From the NCBI GenBank assembly GCA_027021705.1, contig JALUTT010000171.1, positions 1-64,000 on the forward strand: a DNA stretch of 64,000 bases. Reading direction: 5' to 3'. Below are positions 19,909 to 30,491 of the stretch, piece by piece. Source of the DNA: Anaerolineae bacterium (GTDB taxonomy: Bacteria; Chloroflexota; Anaerolineae; S140-20). The notes below the pieces were generated by a model. That model ran no database searches. It worked only from the letters and a program-made list of their open reading frames with translations, and had not been told where the DNA came from. Position numbers and translations under genes: made by a program. Position 1 is the first letter of the stretch; each line of letters begins with the position of its first letter.

Positions 19909-20553
19909 TCACAGTTCCGGGTAGGGAACCAGGGTGATCTCCTTTTCCAGGGGTCGAAGTCGGGCTTCTATCCAGTGGACGCGCCGACACTGCACGGCCA
20001 CCAGCACCCGGCAGCCCGGGTCCCGGCGCACCGCCCACAGCAATCGCTCCAAGATGCGAGAGTTGGTCGCCTCCCAGGCCCGCCGTCCGGGCTCACCGGC
20101 CACAGCCGCCTCTACGGCGCAGACCAACTCACATAGGTGGCTGAAGAGGGGGCTGTTCACCCCCTCCGGGCCATCGGCGATGCGCTGCAGTCCGGTCAGC
20201 AGGCGGTCGGCACCCCGCACCAGGCCGGCCCGCAGCCGTGCCAGTCCTCTACCCTCCGGGGGGACCAACTCTCCAGGAGAAGGGCTGCCCAGGGGGACGA
20301 TCACCGTGTCCGTGCGACGGGCCGCCGGCACCAGCCCCTCCCGCACTTCCAGCGGCGCACCGCTCAGGTCGCCCTGCTCCCAGGCCTCCGGCTCCACCTC
20401 CACGCCCAGCAGATCGGGCTCCAGCGTCTCCACCAGCCCGCGCAGGCAGGCCAGGTCGTAGCGCAGCGCTTCGGTGTGCAGGTGCCCCAGGGTGCCCAGC
20501 AGGGCCAGGCGGGTCTTCGGTCTATCCCCAGACTTGGGCAAAAGGTGGTCCAT
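19909..20553 (-). CDS. hypothetical protein
   Basis: GGAG RBS; first gene of the ABC operon; LLGTLGHLH and PDLLGVE hint at a TraB/Tiki-like fold (unverified). Confidence 0.7.
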   Translation of the reverse strand: MDHLLPKSGDRPKTRLALLGTLGHLHTEALRYDLACLRGLVETLEPDLLGVEVEPEAWEQGDLSGAPLEVREGLVPAARRTDTVIVPLGSPSPGELVPPEGRGLARLRAGLVRGADRLLTGLQRIADGPEGVNSPLFSHLCELVCAVEAAVAGEPGRRAWEATNSRILERLLWAVRRDPGCRVLVAVQCRRVHWIEARLRPLEKEITLVPYPEL

Positions 20554-20569
20554 CGTCTCTCCTGCTTAC

Positions 20570-20634
20570 AGGATACCACATTTGCCCCTGCTGCAACAGC
20601 GCCAAATCACCTATGGGACATAGGTAATTCCCCC
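20570..20634 (-). promoter_or_regulatory. promoter with variant paired boxes (ABC operon)
   Basis: -10 TATCCT; CGCCAAATCACC at 20600 and GGTAATTCCCCC at 20623, same spacing as the other island promoters. Confidence 0.45.
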
Positions 20635-20647
20635 ATAAGGGATCACC

Positions 20648-21583
20648 CTACTTCCATCCACACGCACACAGCACACGATCCACCACCCCCCGGCGTTTGC
20701 CCCTCTGGTGCCGCCGAGCAGCCGTGTCCAGCAAACGGGTCCGGATGAGCTGTCCTGTCAGGTCCACCAAGGTGACCAGCAACAGAGTGATCAGGATGAG
20801 GGTGGACAGGTCCTGGTACTGGAACAGCTTGAGCTTGTAGATCAGTTGCGTACCGATGCCCCCGGCCCCGACGAAGCCCAGCACTGTGGCGGCCCGCATG
20901 TTGCACTCCCATCGGAAGAGGGTGTAGGAGAGGAGCATAGGCAGGGCCGTCGGGACCTGGACGTAGGCCAACACCTGGACGTCGTTGGCTCCCGCGGCTC
21001 GGGCGTTCTCCACCAGCCGCTGGTCCACGGCTTCGAAGAGCTCGGCGTAGAGCTTGCCCAGGATGCCGGCGCTGTGGGCGGCCAGGGCCAGCACCCCCGG
21101 GAGGGGGCCCAGCCCCACGGCCACCACGAAGATCAGCGCCCACACCAGCTCCGGGATGCCTCGCAACACGTTCAGCAGGCCACGGGTCAGGTAGTACAAC
21201 AGCCAGCGCGCCCCCCAGGACAGGGTGCCTTGCGCCCGTCGCGAGGTTTCCTCGCCCCGGCGTCGGGCGGCCAGCAACGAGAGGGGGAACCCCACCACCA
21301 CGGCCAATGCTGTGCCCAAGAGCGAAATCTCCACCGTCTCCAGGGCGTAGCCCAACGTGCTGCGCAGGTAGGCGGGATCCAGGTTGGGTGGGAGGAGCCC
21401 GACGGCGAACTCCCGTACTGCCCGCCCTGTGCCCGGGCTGAGGAAGGCCCCCGGGGAGAACCCTGTGCCCCATGCACTGAGAAGCAGGGATGCCAGGATC
21501 GCTCCGGCCAGGATCAGGTTGAACGGGCTAAACCCGGGGCTCGAATACGGTGCGCTCGAAAGCCGGCGCTCGCCCGTGGTCAT
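20648..21583 (-). CDS. phnE: phosphonate/phosphite-type ABC transporter permease
   Basis: RGIPELVWALIFV.AVGLGP, GKLYAE, R.ATVLGFVGAGGIG. Confidence 0.9.
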   Translation of the reverse strand: MTTGERRLSSAPYSSPGFSPFNLILAGAILASLLLSAWGTGFSPGAFLSPGTGRAVREFAVGLLPPNLDPAYLRSTLGYALETVEISLLGTALAVVVGFPLSLLAARRRGEETSRRAQGTLSWGARWLLYYLTRGLLNVLRGIPELVWALIFVVAVGLGPLPGVLALAAHSAGILGKLYAELFEAVDQRLVENARAAGANDVQVLAYVQVPTALPMLLSYTLFRWECNMRAATVLGFVGAGGIGTQLIYKLKLFQYQDLSTLILITLLLVTLVDLTGQLIRTRLLDTAARRHQRGKRRGVVDRVLCACGWK

Positions 21584-22325
21584 CACGCACCTCCTCCTCG
21601 GTCCGATAGATCTCCAATCCCTCAATCTCCTTCGGGGGACCGTCGTACACCAGACGACCGCCGTTCAGGCCCAACAGGCGGGTGCAGTAGGCTAGGGCGA
21701 AGTCCACCTGATGCAGGCTCAGCACTACGGTCTTCCCCTGTTGGTGGAGCTCCCGCAGCACCTCGAGCACCGTCTCGGCGGTGCGCACGTCCACGGAGGC
21801 CACCGGTTCGTCGGCCAGGATGAGGGATGCCCCCTGCACCAGAGCCCGTGCCACGGCCACCCGCTGCTGCTGACCACCGCTCAGCGCTTCGGCGCGGGTG
21901 AACAGCTCCTCGGCCAATCCCACCCACGCCAGCGCCCGGTATGCCCGCTGCACTTCCTCAGGGGGTGTGCGGGCCAAGGCCAGCAGGCTGCGCCCGGTAG
22001 ATAGGTGTCCCAGACGGCCGATGAGCACGTTGTGGAGCACGGACAGGTTGGGGATGACGTGGTGGCTCTGGGAGATGACGGCCACCCGTCGCCGTAGCCG
22101 CCGCAGGGCCGCCGGGGAGAGCTGCCCCATAGGGTTCCCCAGCACCTCCAGGCGACCGGCGGTGGGCTGCAGGGCCCCGTAGAGGAGCCGCAGGAAGGTG
22201 GTCTTCCCCGCTCCGCTGGGGCCCAGCAGCCCTACCATCTCACCGGGCCGGATCACCACCGTCACGCCCTGCAGGGCCAGGGTGCCGTCGGCGTAACGCT
22301 TGGTGAGGTCCTCGGCCCGGATCAT
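21528..22325 (-). CDS. phnC: phosphonate/phosphite-type ABC transporter ATP-binding protein
   Basis: GPSGAGKTT, LSGGQQQRV, LADEPVAS, LHQV. Confidence 0.9.
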   Translation of the reverse strand: MIRAEDLTKRYADGTLALQGVTVVIRPGEMVGLLGPSGAGKTTFLRLLYGALQPTAGRLEVLGNPMGQLSPAALRRLRRRVAVISQSHHVIPNLSVLHNVLIGRLGHLSTGRSLLALARTPPEEVQRAYRALAWVGLAEELFTRAEALSGGQQQRVAVARALVQGASLILADEPVASVDVRTAETVLEVLRELHQQGKTVVLSLHQVDFALAYCTRLLGLNGGRLVYDGPPKEIEGLEIYRTEEEVRDDHGRAPAFERTVFEPRV

Positions 22326-23209
22326 TCCGTCCCGCCTCCTGCCAGTCCTAGCCTCTCGGCGATCTGTCGGATCTCTTCGTAGTCGGCAGCCGAGGCGCGC
22401 ACGAATCCCTCGGCCACGGTGGGGGGCAGCACGTCCGACGGTGCTTCCAGGAAAGCTTGGACCAGCTTGTCCTCAATCTCCTGGGGGATGTCGTCTCGGA
22501 TGACCCAGGGGTACTGGGGGATGGGATCGGAGCGCCAGATGATCTTGAGGCGATCTTCGGCGACCAGTCCCTGGCGGATCATCTCCTGGAGCACCGGCTC
22601 TTCCACGGCCCCGGCTTCCACTTTGCCGTTGTAGACGGCCAGCACGGTGGCGTTGTGGGCTCCGGTGTAGAGGGGCGGGCCTTCGAAATCCTTCTGCGGG
22701 TCTATCCCTGCCTCCAGCAGTGCCTGGGTGGGGATCAGATGGCCGGAGGTGGAACTGATGTCTCCGAAGGCGAAGGTGCGTCCCTTGAGGTCGGTCAGCG
22801 TTGTGATGGGGGAGTCCTTCAGGGTGATGATCACACTGTGGTAGGTATCCGAGCCGGCGATGATCGCCTTGGCAAAGGGGTGAAGGCGGACCTTCTTCGA
22901 GGCTTGAACGTAGCTCAGGGCACCGAAGTAGGCCACGTCAATGCGCCCGGCAGCCATGGCCTCCACCACGGCCGTGTAGTCGGTGGGCACGACCAGTTCG
23001 ATCTGCAACCCGGTCTTCTCCTCCAGGTACTTCTGGAAGGGCTGCAGATACGCCTGGGTCTTCTCAGGGCTCTCCTTGGGCACAGCGCCGATGCGCACCA
23101 CCGGGGATGCAGAAATGGGGCCTTTACCACAGGCGCTCGACAACAAGGCGATCCCCAGGGCCAGCGCCACAGCCCACAGGATACGGCGGGAGAACAGACG
23201 GGATTTCAT
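22322..23209 (-). CDS. phnD: phosphate/phosphite/phosphonate ABC substrate-binding lipoprotein
   Basis: lipobox SSAC, DYTAVVEAM, FGDISSTSGHLIP; AAAGGAGG RBS before ATG 23209. Confidence 0.88.
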   Translation of the reverse strand: MKSRLFSRRILWAVALALGIALLSSACGKGPISASPVVRIGAVPKESPEKTQAYLQPFQKYLEEKTGLQIELVVPTDYTAVVEAMAAGRIDVAYFGALSYVQASKKVRLHPFAKAIIAGSDTYHSVIITLKDSPITTLTDLKGRTFAFGDISSTSGHLIPTQALLEAGIDPQKDFEGPPLYTGAHNATVLAVYNGKVEAGAVEEPVLQEMIRQGLVAEDRLKIIWRSDPIPQYPWVIRDDIPQEIEDKLVQAFLEAPSDVLPPTVAEGFVRASAADYEEIRQIAERLGLAGGGTE

Positions 23210-23386
23210 GACCTGCCTCCTTTCCTGAAGATGGTCGGCCTCTGGCCGAGCCGCTCCCCGGAGAGGAGGCAAGGTCACTCACCCCTGAGGGTGGCTATGC
23301 CTCCCGGCCGAGGTGAGCGGCAACGGCCGGACTGTCCGGTTGTCTTTCTGATACAACACGTGTATCACCAGGACCTTTCAGCCCGT

Positions 23387-23428
23387 TCAGCGGTGATGGA
23401 CGGGCCGAGGCATGAACTCGGACCGCAT
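23387..23428 (-). CDS. putative 13-aa leader peptide MRSEFMPRPVHHR
   Basis: full SD AAAGGAGGTGA 5 nt before ATG, just downstream of a promoter. Confidence 0.4.
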   Translation of the reverse strand: MRSEFMPRPVHHR

Positions 23429-23480
23429 GCCCCTCACCTCCTTTCAATGAGACTCAACGAGACGGATCGGTGTGCGAGCT

Positions 23481-23508
23481 ATTATCGCGAATTCCGTTTT
23501 CTTGTCAA
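23481..23508 (-). promoter_or_regulatory. sigma-70 promoter of the phnDCE operon
   Basis: TTGACA-N16-GATAAT. Confidence 0.6.
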
Positions 23509-23554
23509 GAAAGCGGCTATTGGGTGATTCCCCACAAGTGGGGCAACGGGAAAG

Positions 23555-24238
23555 CTACGGCTTTCCGCCCGCTGGGATCTCCACCCACCCCCGTTGCACG
23601 GCCAGCACCGCTGCTTCGGTGCGGGAGCGTACCCCCAGCTTACCGTAGATGCTGGCCAGGTGGTTCTCCACGGTCCGCACGCTTAGGTACAGGTGCTGAG
23701 CGATCTCCTTGTTGCTCAGGCCGTGGCACACCAGGGTGAGGATCTCCCGCTCGCGGGGCGTCAGGCATCCGTGGGGGCCGGTGGACAAAGGCTGCGCTTG
23801 GGCCAGGTGCGCGATGAGGTCCTGGGCCAGGTCCGGGGAGAGCACCATCTCGCCTCGGGCAGCCTGGCGCAGGGCGATCGCCAGTTCGTCGGTGGTGATG
23901 TCGGCGGAGAGGCAACCGATGGCTCCGGCTTGCAAGGTCGCCAGGGCCTGGTGCAGAGACCAGGCGAGGGAAAGGGAGAGCACCCTCACCCGAGGGTGCT
24001 CTCGCAGGAATGTGGGCAATCGCTCCAGGTCAGCGGCTCGAGGGCAGGTCAGAAGCACCAGATCCGATTTCTCCTCAAGCGAAGGGGCGGTCAGCGCGGC
24101 CAGGTCCTCCGCCTGTCCGATGGGCTCGATGCCCGGGAGCCCGGCCATCAGGGCCGAGAGGGCTTCCCCCAGCAGCCTATGCGGACTGACGAGGAGCACC
24201 CGTATGGGATTGGAGCGGCAAGACCCGGCCTCGCTCAT
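23555..24238 (-). CDS. NarL/LuxR-family regulator with atypical receiver domain
   Basis: LTPRE...GLSNKEIA...SVRTVENH HTH; receiver reads LLVSPH and DLVLLTC instead of VDDH and DxxxMD. Confidence 0.88.
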   Translation of the reverse strand: MSEAGSCRSNPIRVLLVSPHRLLGEALSALMAGLPGIEPIGQAEDLAALTAPSLEEKSDLVLLTCPRAADLERLPTFLREHPRVRVLSLSLAWSLHQALATLQAGAIGCLSADITTDELAIALRQAARGEMVLSPDLAQDLIAHLAQAQPLSTGPHGCLTPREREILTLVCHGLSNKEIAQHLYLSVRTVENHLASIYGKLGVRSRTEAAVLAVQRGWVEIPAGGKP

Positions 24239-24257
24239 TCTGCCCCGGAGATGATCC

Positions 24258-26495
<2,238 letters not shown>

Positions 26496-26559
26496 CGCTT
26501 TGACTCCTTCCTGGCAGGCGCATCGGCCTACCCGCTGTTGGTTCAGAACGCTGCAGCTA

Positions 26560-26624
26560 AGTATACCCCATTTGGGGCTGCGATGCCAGCGCCAATTGAC
26601 CCACGATTTCTACGCTGTTTGGCT
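26560..26624 (-). promoter_or_regulatory. promoter with paired boxes (Cu-ATPase operon)
   Basis: -10 TATACT; CGCCAATTGACC at 26590 and CGCTGTTTGGCT at 26613. Confidence 0.65.
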
Positions 26625-26637
26625 TATGCCTGACAGG

Positions 26638-27138
26638 TTAGAGGGGAGTGCGGCGGCGACCGAGGAGCAGTGTGCCTAGGAGGGTGATCCCCGCCATGCC
26701 AGCCCAGAAGAGGAGCAGAAACGGGTTGGGGTGTCTACGGTACAGACGCCGGTAGGTTCGACCGGCCCGGCCTGCCACGTAGCTCTCGGCGGCCAGTTCC
26801 CAGGCCGCCTGGTGGACGAGGAGAGCGGCGGCGAGGCGCACCAGCCGCTTTCCCAGCGGACGCGGCCTCGACGCCGGTCCGTGTCGCCACAGCCAGAGGA
26901 CGTGGGCAACGGCCAGCGGCAGCGTCTGAAGGTGTCCCAGCTCGTGCCAGTAGCTGAGGCGGTATCGCTCCTCCTGGGGTAGCCCACGCCGGATGAAGAG
27001 GTTGACCAGGGGAGGGTGGGGCAGCGGGAATGACCCCACCCTCACCAGATGCCAGTAGTCACCTTCGATCACGATCTCGCCCGGCAGGCCGTACCAGGTG
27101 CGCACCTGGCGGGAGAGTCCTTCCGCGTCCTCACTCAC
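26638..27138 (-). CDS. hypothetical membrane protein with HExxH motif
   Basis: WHELGH plus downstream WELAAE; start overlaps the end of the DsbA gene. Confidence 0.7.
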   Translation of the reverse strand: MSEDAEGLSRQVRTWYGLPGEIVIEGDYWHLVRVGSFPLPHPPLVNLFIRRGLPQEERYRLSYWHELGHLQTLPLAVAHVLWLWRHGPASRPRPLGKRLVRLAAALLVHQAAWELAAESYVAGRAGRTYRRLYRRHPNPFLLLFWAGMAGITLLGTLLLGRRRTPL

Positions 27139-27934
27139 GAGTTGCCTCCAACTCTGCTTCGATCATCTGCTGGAAAGCTTCGAAGGGTTGAGCGCCCACG
27201 AGGGGCTTGCCGTTGATCAGGAAGGTGGGAGTGCCCCTCACGCCCAGGGATCGGGCGATGGACGTCTCCGAACGCACGATGGAAGTGTACCGACCGGAGT
27301 CCAAGCAGGTCTCGAACGCCTCGCGGTCCAACCCCAGCTCGGTGGCGAACTGTTTCAGGTTCTCCCGGCTGAAAGCCCCCTGGTTCTCACCGGCCTGGCG
27401 CTCGAAGAGCAGGTCGTGATAGGCCCAGAAAGCCCCTTGCTCGGCGGCACATTCGGTCGCCTCGGCGGCCCACTGGGACTCCGGCCCCAGGAAGGCGAAG
27501 TGCCAGTAGCCGAAACGGACCTCTCCCGTTTGCACGTAGACCTGGTCAATCTGACGCCCCGCGTCAGCGGCGAATCGCCCGCAGAAGGGTCACTGGAAGT
27601 CGCCAAACTCGATGATGGTCACGGGAGCGTTGGGGTTCCCTTTGAAGTGGCGCACCCGGGCGGTCAGGTCTTCCAACGAGCCTGGCAGGCTCGCCGGGTT
27701 GACGGGTGTGGGGTCGAGGCTGGCCGGCGGAGGATCGGCGTCCTGGGCCGAGGCGGCCGGGGAGCCGAAGAGGGATCGCGGCGTCACCAGCGGGCGTACC
27801 CCGTAGCCGATCAGCACGCCGATCACCAGCCCGACGGCGAGCATGGCCAACGGATTGGTCCAGATCGGGGATGAGGAGGCCGGAGACGGCGCCTCATCCG
27901 ACTGCTGTTGGGGCAGAAACGGCTCTCTCTCCAT
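27131..27934 (-). CDS. DsbA/BdbD-like thioredoxin-fold protein, predicted selenoprotein (UGA 27590-27592 = Sec; 267 aa)
   Basis: two in-frame ORFs joined across the UGA: APVTIIEFGDFQ-U-PFCGRF...GVRGTPTFLING; hairpin CTGACGC-GGG-GCGTCAG downstream. Confidence 0.92.
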
Positions 27935-27952
27935 ACCGTGACAACCTCCACG

Positions 27953-28966
27953 TCAGGGGTGGGCGGGTTCCTGGCTCTCCCGTCCCAGCATCTTCTCCAG
28001 TTCGTGGCTCACGTCGTGGACTTCGCCGGCTTTCACGGCGGTCAGCAGGGCCTCCAGTTGGGCCTTCTCCTCCCCCGTCGCCTCTTCAATGGCCTGTTCC
28101 AGGTGGGCGATCGCGTCGTCGTAGTTGTCGCCCTCCAGGGCACTCAGGGCCAGGACGATGTGCAGTTGCATCGGGCTCAGGTCCTCCCCCTCGGCCTGGA
28201 GGAGCAGGGTTTCCAGTTCGTGCTCGGCCTCATGGACCTTGTTCTCCTCCAGCAGGGTCAGGATCTCCTGGGCCTTCTGCTGGGACTCGCCCTCGCCGGA
28301 GGCGACGAGGTCCTGGAGGTGGGCTCGGGCGTCGGGGAGGTCCTCGGCCTGGAGGGAGAGGAGGGCCAGCCGCAGATGGGCCGCCTCGGTCATAGAGCCG
28401 AGGAAGGGTCCCGCACCGGTGGGCGGCCCCAAGCTCAGGATGAAGGCAGCGATCTTCTCCAACTCCTCATCGCTGATCTGGTCGGGGCCGAAGGCGGGCA
28501 TCTGGACGCCGGGTGGGGAGACAGGGCGGGGCTCCCGCACCTGCTTGAAGACGGCCTCTTTGGAGTGGCCCGCCAGGGCAGGCCCCAGGTCCTCGACCCC
28601 TTCGCCGTTCTCGCCGTGGCAGGCGGCACAACCTTTGGCCACAAAGAGGGCTTGCCCTTCGGCGATGATCTCAGCTTCTACGTCGGCAACAGGCTCCTCG
28701 GTTGCCATAGGTTCCTCGGTCTCGGCGGGCATCATTTCGGTCTCGGCGGGGGCCATCTCGGTCTCGGCGGGCATCATCTCGGTCTCGGTGGGCATCATCT
28801 CGGTCCCGGCGGGGGCCATCTCGGTCGCAGCCGACGGAAGTGGTGTGGGCGCTGTCGTGGGGGCCGCTGTGGGCGTGGCCTGACCGCCACAGGCAGCCAG
28901 GACCAGCACCAGGGCGAGGACTGCCACCGATAATCCGATCGTCATACGGCGCTTGCTCTTGATCAC
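27953..28966 (-). CDS. c-type cytochrome lipoprotein with Met-rich repeats
   Basis: lipobox LAAC, heme motif CAACH, distal MPAF, repeated His-bearing helical C-terminal segment. Confidence 0.85.
   Translation of the reverse strand: MIKSKRRMTIGLSVAVLALVLVLAACGGQATPTAAPTTAPTPLPSAATEMAPAGTEMMPTETEMMPAETEMAPAETEMMPAETEEPMATEEPVADVEAEIIAEGQALFVAKGCAACHGENGEGVEDLGPALAGHSKEAVFKQVREPRPVSPPGVQMPAFGPDQISDEELEKIAAFILSLGPPTGAGPFLGSMTEAAHLRLALLSLQAEDLPDARAHLQDLVASGEGESQQKAQEILTLLEENKVHEAEHELETLLLQAEGEDLSPMQLHIVLALSALEGDNYDDAIAHLEQAIEEATGEEKAQLEALLTAVKAGEVHDVSHELEKMLGRESQEPAHP
28716..28825 (-). repeat. intragenic 21-bp tandem repeat x5 encoding TEM(A/M)P(A/T)(E/G)
   Basis: direct reading of DNA and protein. 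Confidence 0.9.
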
Positions 28967-28982
28967 GCGATTATCCTCCCTC

Positions 28983-29513
28983 TCAGTCCAGACTCTTCAG
29001 GAAGTCCAACAGGTCTTCTAGGTCTTCGTCGCTCATCGTCCAGCGGGGCATCGGCCATTCCAGCGGTTCTCCCGCCGGGTTGAGCCCCTGGGTGATGGCG
29101 CGTTTGATGGTCTCGTCGGTGTAGGGGGGATGCTCTTCCGCCCCTTCGTCGTGCTCCATCTTCTCGGCGGTCAGGGTCTTGTAGCGGATGTCGGGGGCGA
29201 CGAAGGTTTCCATCATCATCCGCACGGTGCCGCCACGACCATCGGGGCCGTGGCAACTAGCACAGCTCAGGGCGCCCCCACCCATCATCCCCATCCCCAT
29301 GTCCGAGGTGATAGGGGTACCCCGCTGGCTGGTGGCGGTGAAGTAGATCTGCTCACCGTTGGAGCGGAACTGGCGTCCGAAGCCGAATCCCCGCCCGCGC
29401 CAGCCTCCAGCGGTACAGCCGGCCAGGACGAGGACCAGCCCCAGGAGGGCAAGGCCTCGGACGCCGGATCTGGTGTATCGGAAGCGTGGTTGGTTGGGTG
29501 TTTCTGTGTCCAT
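28983..29513 (-). CDS. c-type cytochrome lipoprotein
   Basis: LAGC lipobox, CASCHG.DGRG, distal MPRW, Met/Gly-rich segment. Confidence 0.85.
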   Translation of the reverse strand: MDTETPNQPRFRYTRSGVRGLALLGLVLVLAGCTAGGWRGRGFGFGRQFRSNGEQIYFTATSQRGTPITSDMGMGMMGGGALSCASCHGPDGRGGTVRMMMETFVAPDIRYKTLTAEKMEHDEGAEEHPPYTDETIKRAITQGLNPAGEPLEWPMPRWTMSDEDLEDLLDFLKSLD

Positions 29514-29744
29514 ACTCTGTCCTTTGTGAACTCTGTCGGTTCGGATCCGCCTTCTCCCGCCCCCGGTCGGCGGATGAGGATCCGCCGGGGGCTTGGGGAA
29601 GCGGAGTCCGACGGATCGTGGGTTTCTCCTCTCCTGCTCCCCCCGATGGACAATCTGGCGCAAGAGGAAGCCTGAGGAGGGGGAGAGCGCCGGACCTGTC
29701 CCCCCGCCGCGCCGGATAGCGTGTCCGGCAGGAGGGGATAGCGG

Positions 29745-30035
29745 TCAGACGGGCTCCCGCAGGTATCCCCCGGCCTGCAGCAGCCTGCGAACGTGGTGGC
29801 TGTTGACGCCGAAGCCGATCAGCACCTCGCCGTCAATGACGAGTGTAGGGGTGATGAAGCGACCGGCCAGGCTCTTGAGTTCGTCCATGTAGAGGGGGTT
29901 GGTGGTGACATCCTTCTCGGTGAAGGGGATGTTGTGCCGGGCGAAGAACCTCTTCGCCGCCTGGCAGTCGCCTCACGTGGGCTGGGTGTAGAGGACGACG
30001 CCTCTGGGTCTGCGGTGGAAGAGTCGGCGAAACAT
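29745..30035 (-). CDS. glutaredoxin/NrdH-like protein, predicted selenoprotein (UGA 29973-29975 = Sec; 96 aa); absent from the ORF track
   Basis: MFRRLFHRRPRGVVLYTQPT-U-GDCQAAKRFFARHNIPFTEKDV...ITPTLVIDGEVLIGF; AAGGAG RBS; hairpin GGCGAAGA-GGT-TCTTCGCC. Confidence 0.9.
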
Positions 30036-30121
30036 AGCGTTGCTCCTTGGCAGGGTTTCATCGGTCGGGGTTCGTCCCTGAGGCGATGAATGCCTGCCCC
30101 CCGATGAGGATTTGTGCCCCC

Positions 30122-30186
30122 AGTATACACCAAGGTCGGAAACCCGACCACGGCCATTTGGCCTATTGCTCCCTCGCTGTTTGGCC
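30122..30186 (-). promoter_or_regulatory. promoter with paired boxes (glutaredoxin-cytochrome-DsbA operon)
   Basis: -10 TATACT; GGCCATTTGGCC at 30152 and CGCTGTTTGGCC at 30175. Confidence 0.7.
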
Positions 30187-30261
30187 TGGTGTAGGCAGCG
30201 CCCTTTTGGGAGCTTCGAGCGCCTGTGGTTCGGTCAGAGGTCCCCCATAAAAAAACGGATG

Positions 30262-30479
30262 GCTGTCAACGAATTGGGAAACGGATTAAGCGGATGGGAA
30301 ACCTCTCTCCGTTCGATCCGCTTCCCCAGTCCGTTGACAGCACCCGTTCACAGCATCCGCTGACAGCGGCCTGCCTACTATTGAAATGAAAGTGAAATGA
30401 AAGCTGTCAGCGGATTCGAGAGCCGATTGAGCGGACGGGATCCTCTCCGTTCAACCCGCTCCCCCGATCCGCTGACAGC
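30262..30479. repeat. two copies of a ~80-bp imperfect palindrome (REP/MITE-like)
   Basis: GCTGTCA...TGACAGC units at 30262-30341 and 30403-30479; (TGAAATGAAAG)2 lies between them. Confidence 0.75.
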
Positions 30480-30491
30480 ATCCACTGGCAG

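Noticed and set aside
30262..30491. Possible CRISPR array (ATTGAAA-like motif and repeats)
   Set aside because: No regularly spaced identical repeats with unique spacers; no cas genes in the window
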